From contig NZ_CP066018.1 in the NCBI RefSeq assembly GCF_016127575.1, positions 3,120,001 to 3,152,000 on the forward strand: a DNA stretch of 32,000 nucleotides, written 5' to 3'. The notes beneath the pieces are model-generated. The model searched no databases, was not told where the DNA came from, and was given only the letters and a program-made list of their open reading frames with translations. Within the stretch, counting starts at the first letter, position 1, and each line of letters starts with the position of its first letter. The translations under genes and the position numbers were made by a program. Shown here one piece after another: positions 30,395 to 32,000 of this stretch. This DNA is from Cupriavidus necator. GTDB lineage: Bacteria; Pseudomonadota; Gammaproteobacteria; Burkholderiales; Burkholderiaceae.

Positions 30395-30967
30395 ATGACA
30401 GAAGAAGAAAGCGTAGTTCATATCTACGTGCTGGCCGATGGCGCCGTGCATCCGACTCGCATTGGTGCATTGCTGCGCGAATCGGGCGCCGATTTTCGAA
30501 ATGTGTATGCCGGCCTGCCCGAAGCCGATGCCGGCGACGCCTGCCTGTTCCTGGCGCGGGTGGACGATCCCAAAGCACCCTGGCTGGCGCAATTCGACGC
30601 GATGGATTTGCGGGCGCCATGCTTCACGCTCATCTGGAGCCGCGTGGACATTGACCGCCTCGCCCGTCATTTGCATCAGTTTCTCGTTGCGGACATTGGC
30701 GAAGGCATGACCGCCCTGATTCGCTACTACGACCCGCGCAACCTGCTGGTGACGATGGAAGTCTGGGGCGACGACATCGTGGAGCGGATCATGCAACCCA
30801 TTCAGCAATGGAAATACCGCGGCTACAGCGAGGAATGGCAGTGCATTGACGGGCCGATGGAGGGCGAGAGCACGCAGGATACGCCGCTTTCCATCCAGCT
30901 TAGCCAGGAGCAACTGGACCGACTGCGGAACACTGCGAGCCGGATCAGTTGCTCGCGGCGCTCGTAG
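30395..30967 (+). CDS. DUF4123 T6SS adaptor/chaperone (Tap/Tec family), N-terminal portion; apparently truncated by a frameshift
   Basis: IYVLADGAVHP...ACLFLARVDDP...LARHLHQFLVADIGEGMTALIRYYDPRNLL is the DUF4123 pattern (yallDaa...RfyDPrvl). Its position directly after vgrG is canonical. The ORF ends in an atypical tail (ASRISCSRRS), while the family-typical continuation is in the -1 frame. Confidence 0.8.
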   Translation: MTEEESVVHIYVLADGAVHPTRIGALLRESGADFRNVYAGLPEADAGDACLFLARVDDPKAPWLAQFDAMDLRAPCFTLIWSRVDIDRLARHLHQFLVADIGEGMTALIRYYDPRNLLVTMEVWGDDIVERIMQPIQQWKYRGYSEEWQCIDGPMEGESTQDTPLSIQLSQEQLDRLRNTASRISCSRRS

Positions 30968-31254
30968 AGGATAGCGTGGTGGATGGGGCAGGTCCCTATC
31001 TCGCGCGCTTCATGGATTTTCTGCCCCGTTACCAGCGTGCCGCCGAGTGGGGGCTGACAGAGCCAGCGGATCGAATGTACTTCTGCGAACTCTCGTACCG
31101 ATACGGCCGCGACTTCGACGCCCACGATGAAATGCGACGCGCCTTGGAAGAGCGTGCTCGTTCCGGGCAAGCCATGATCGCCTGCGCGGATGGGGTGCAT
31201 CCATCCGTCTGGGAGCAGTTGGCGAAAAATGCGAACCGGGAGGTCAACGCATGA
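30949..31254 (+). CDS. ORF encoding what looks like the C-terminal remainder of the DUF4123 adaptor (the frame is open from 30904); if expressed alone, a ~100-aa hypothetical protein
   Basis: The frame is open from 30904 and reads ...CEPDQLLAALVEDSVVDGAGPYLARF...GLTEPADRMYFCELSYRYGRDFDAHDEM.... This resembles the C-terminal half of full-length (~280-300 aa) DUF4123 proteins as I remember them. It has no ATG start (the track uses TTG 30949) and no SD. Its stop overlaps the next gene's ATG (ATGA). Confidence 0.5.
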   Translation: MLAALVEDSVVDGAGPYLARFMDFLPRYQRAAEWGLTEPADRMYFCELSYRYGRDFDAHDEMRRALEERARSGQAMIACADGVHPSVWEQLAKNANREVNA

Positions 31255-31874
31255 AATCCTTGTTCATGTCGGCCTTGATGGCGGTATGCCTCGCGATTCT
31301 GCCAGGCTGCAATCAAAGCTCCGTTGTTGGCACTCTCCCAAACGACGATCCTGACGCCCTGATGTCAGGCGATGTTGAGGGCCTGAACTACACCCCTTAC
31401 TACGTTCACACCTTCAACATAGCGGGGCACGACAACGGCATCGGAGGCGGCGGGCCAAACATTGTTCCGGTAAGACCCGACTATATACCGACAGAGAGCG
31501 GTGGCGCCTGCTGTGGCACGTTTCCGGTCCGCTGGCGGCCAGGGCTAAAGGTCACGGTCCGCTGGATCGCCAACAAGAAACTTGATGGGCACGCATGGGG
31601 TTCCTGGTACAAGGCTGAGGCGGAAATTCCCGAATATGGCACAACCACTTATGGCATGTGGGTCATTTTCCTGCCAGGAGATCGCGTCAAGGTCATGGTT
31701 ATGGATGGAAATGCAAACGGCTACAACAGGGTAAGGGCTCGGCCTGCTGACGACGATCCTTACGTGGCAGTCGGGCGGGTGGACGACGAAGCGAATCGTG
31801 AGGAAGAGGCAGCGCGCTTAGTGAGATTCGGCGAGGTAATTAAGGCGGACCCATCAATCGGAGGGTTGAAGTAA
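31251..31874 (+). CDS. DUF3304-family lipoprotein (putative T6SS immunity-type protein)
   Basis: Has a lipoprotein signal MKSLFMSALMAVCLAILPGC (lipobox LPGC). The body motifs CCGTFPVRWRPGLKVTVRW and YGMWVIFLPGDRVKVMV fit DUF3304 as recalled. GC is lower, with 55-58% hand-counted on two lines. Confidence 0.75.
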   Translation: MKSLFMSALMAVCLAILPGCNQSSVVGTLPNDDPDALMSGDVEGLNYTPYYVHTFNIAGHDNGIGGGGPNIVPVRPDYIPTESGGACCGTFPVRWRPGLKVTVRWIANKKLDGHAWGSWYKAEAEIPEYGTTTYGMWVIFLPGDRVKVMVMDGNANGYNRVRARPADDDPYVAVGRVDDEANREEEAARLVRFGEVIKADPSIGGLK

Positions 31875-32000
31875 TGAACGTATTGCGTTGGCCGGAGAAA
31901 ATGCCAGAGGGCGGCCTGCTTTCGCCCGCGCCATTGAGGACCCGCACGGCAAATGCGACCTGATCGAGTTGTTTTATCTCGTCATGAGCCTTGGGTTCAT
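31870..32000 (+). pseudogene. DotU/TssL-like reading frame without a start codon (possible 5'-truncated remnant), running off the window
   Basis: The frame opens after TGA 31867-31869 and reads SNERIALAGENARGRPAFARAIEDPHGKCDLIELFYLVMSLGF. The DLIELFYLxxSLGF block resembles the conserved LLELfYlCLsLGF(eGrY) core of DotU/TssL. About 80-90 N-terminal residues of the domain are missing. Only about 43 codons are visible. Confidence 0.35.

Noticed and set aside
30904-30967. Programmed -1 ribosomal frameshifting as the explanation for the split DUF4123 gene.
   Set aside because: The overlap has no X XXY YYZ slippery heptamer or homopolymer run, and I saw no obvious downstream pseudoknot or hairpin. 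A mutation or sequencing error is more parsimonious.

Overview
This is a high-GC chromosomal segment that looks betaproteobacterial, of the Burkholderiaceae / Cupriavidus-Ralstonia type. That assignment is an inference from composition and gene content. Every credible gene lies on the + strand, and the many long minus-strand ORFs in the track are antisense artefacts of the GC-rich coding sequence.

Gene order:
- The 3' end of a probable 3-hydroxybutyrate-oligomer hydrolase gene, overlapping a double-hotdog MaoC dehydratase.
- clpB, with a good sigma-32-type promoter and a clean terminator.
- A ferritin/bacterioferritin-like gene.
- A large sulfur-scavenging supercluster: sbp, ssuEADCB, then cysTWA plus a CysB-family regulator. 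It is interrupted by a translationally coupled pair, a catalytically degenerate stand-alone EAL protein and a YdeN/RBBP9-type serine hydrolase.
- A small DUF962/Mpo1-like membrane protein, a LytS-type histidine kinase and a LytTR response regulator.
- A tight MFS / ThDP-enzyme / RraA / gamma-glutamylcyclotransferase block.
- An alpha/beta hydrolase.
- aceA (isocitrate lyase), with an AT-rich, repeat-bearing leader and three hairpins downstream.

From about 27.4 kb the composition drops visibly. Hand counts give about 47% GC for 27661-27780 and 55-58% for 31261-31380, against about 67% for 9061-9120. This accessory type VI secretion cargo module is the most interesting part of the window. It contains VgrG (gp27/gp5/DUF2345), a DUF4123 adaptor that appears split by a -1 frameshift, and a DUF3304 lipoprotein. 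No effector gene sits between the adaptor and the lipoprotein. A DotU/TssL-like fragment without a start codon follows at the window edge.

I saw no rRNA, tRNA, CRISPR array, transposase or integrase. All family assignments come from reading motifs against remembered families; nothing was searched.
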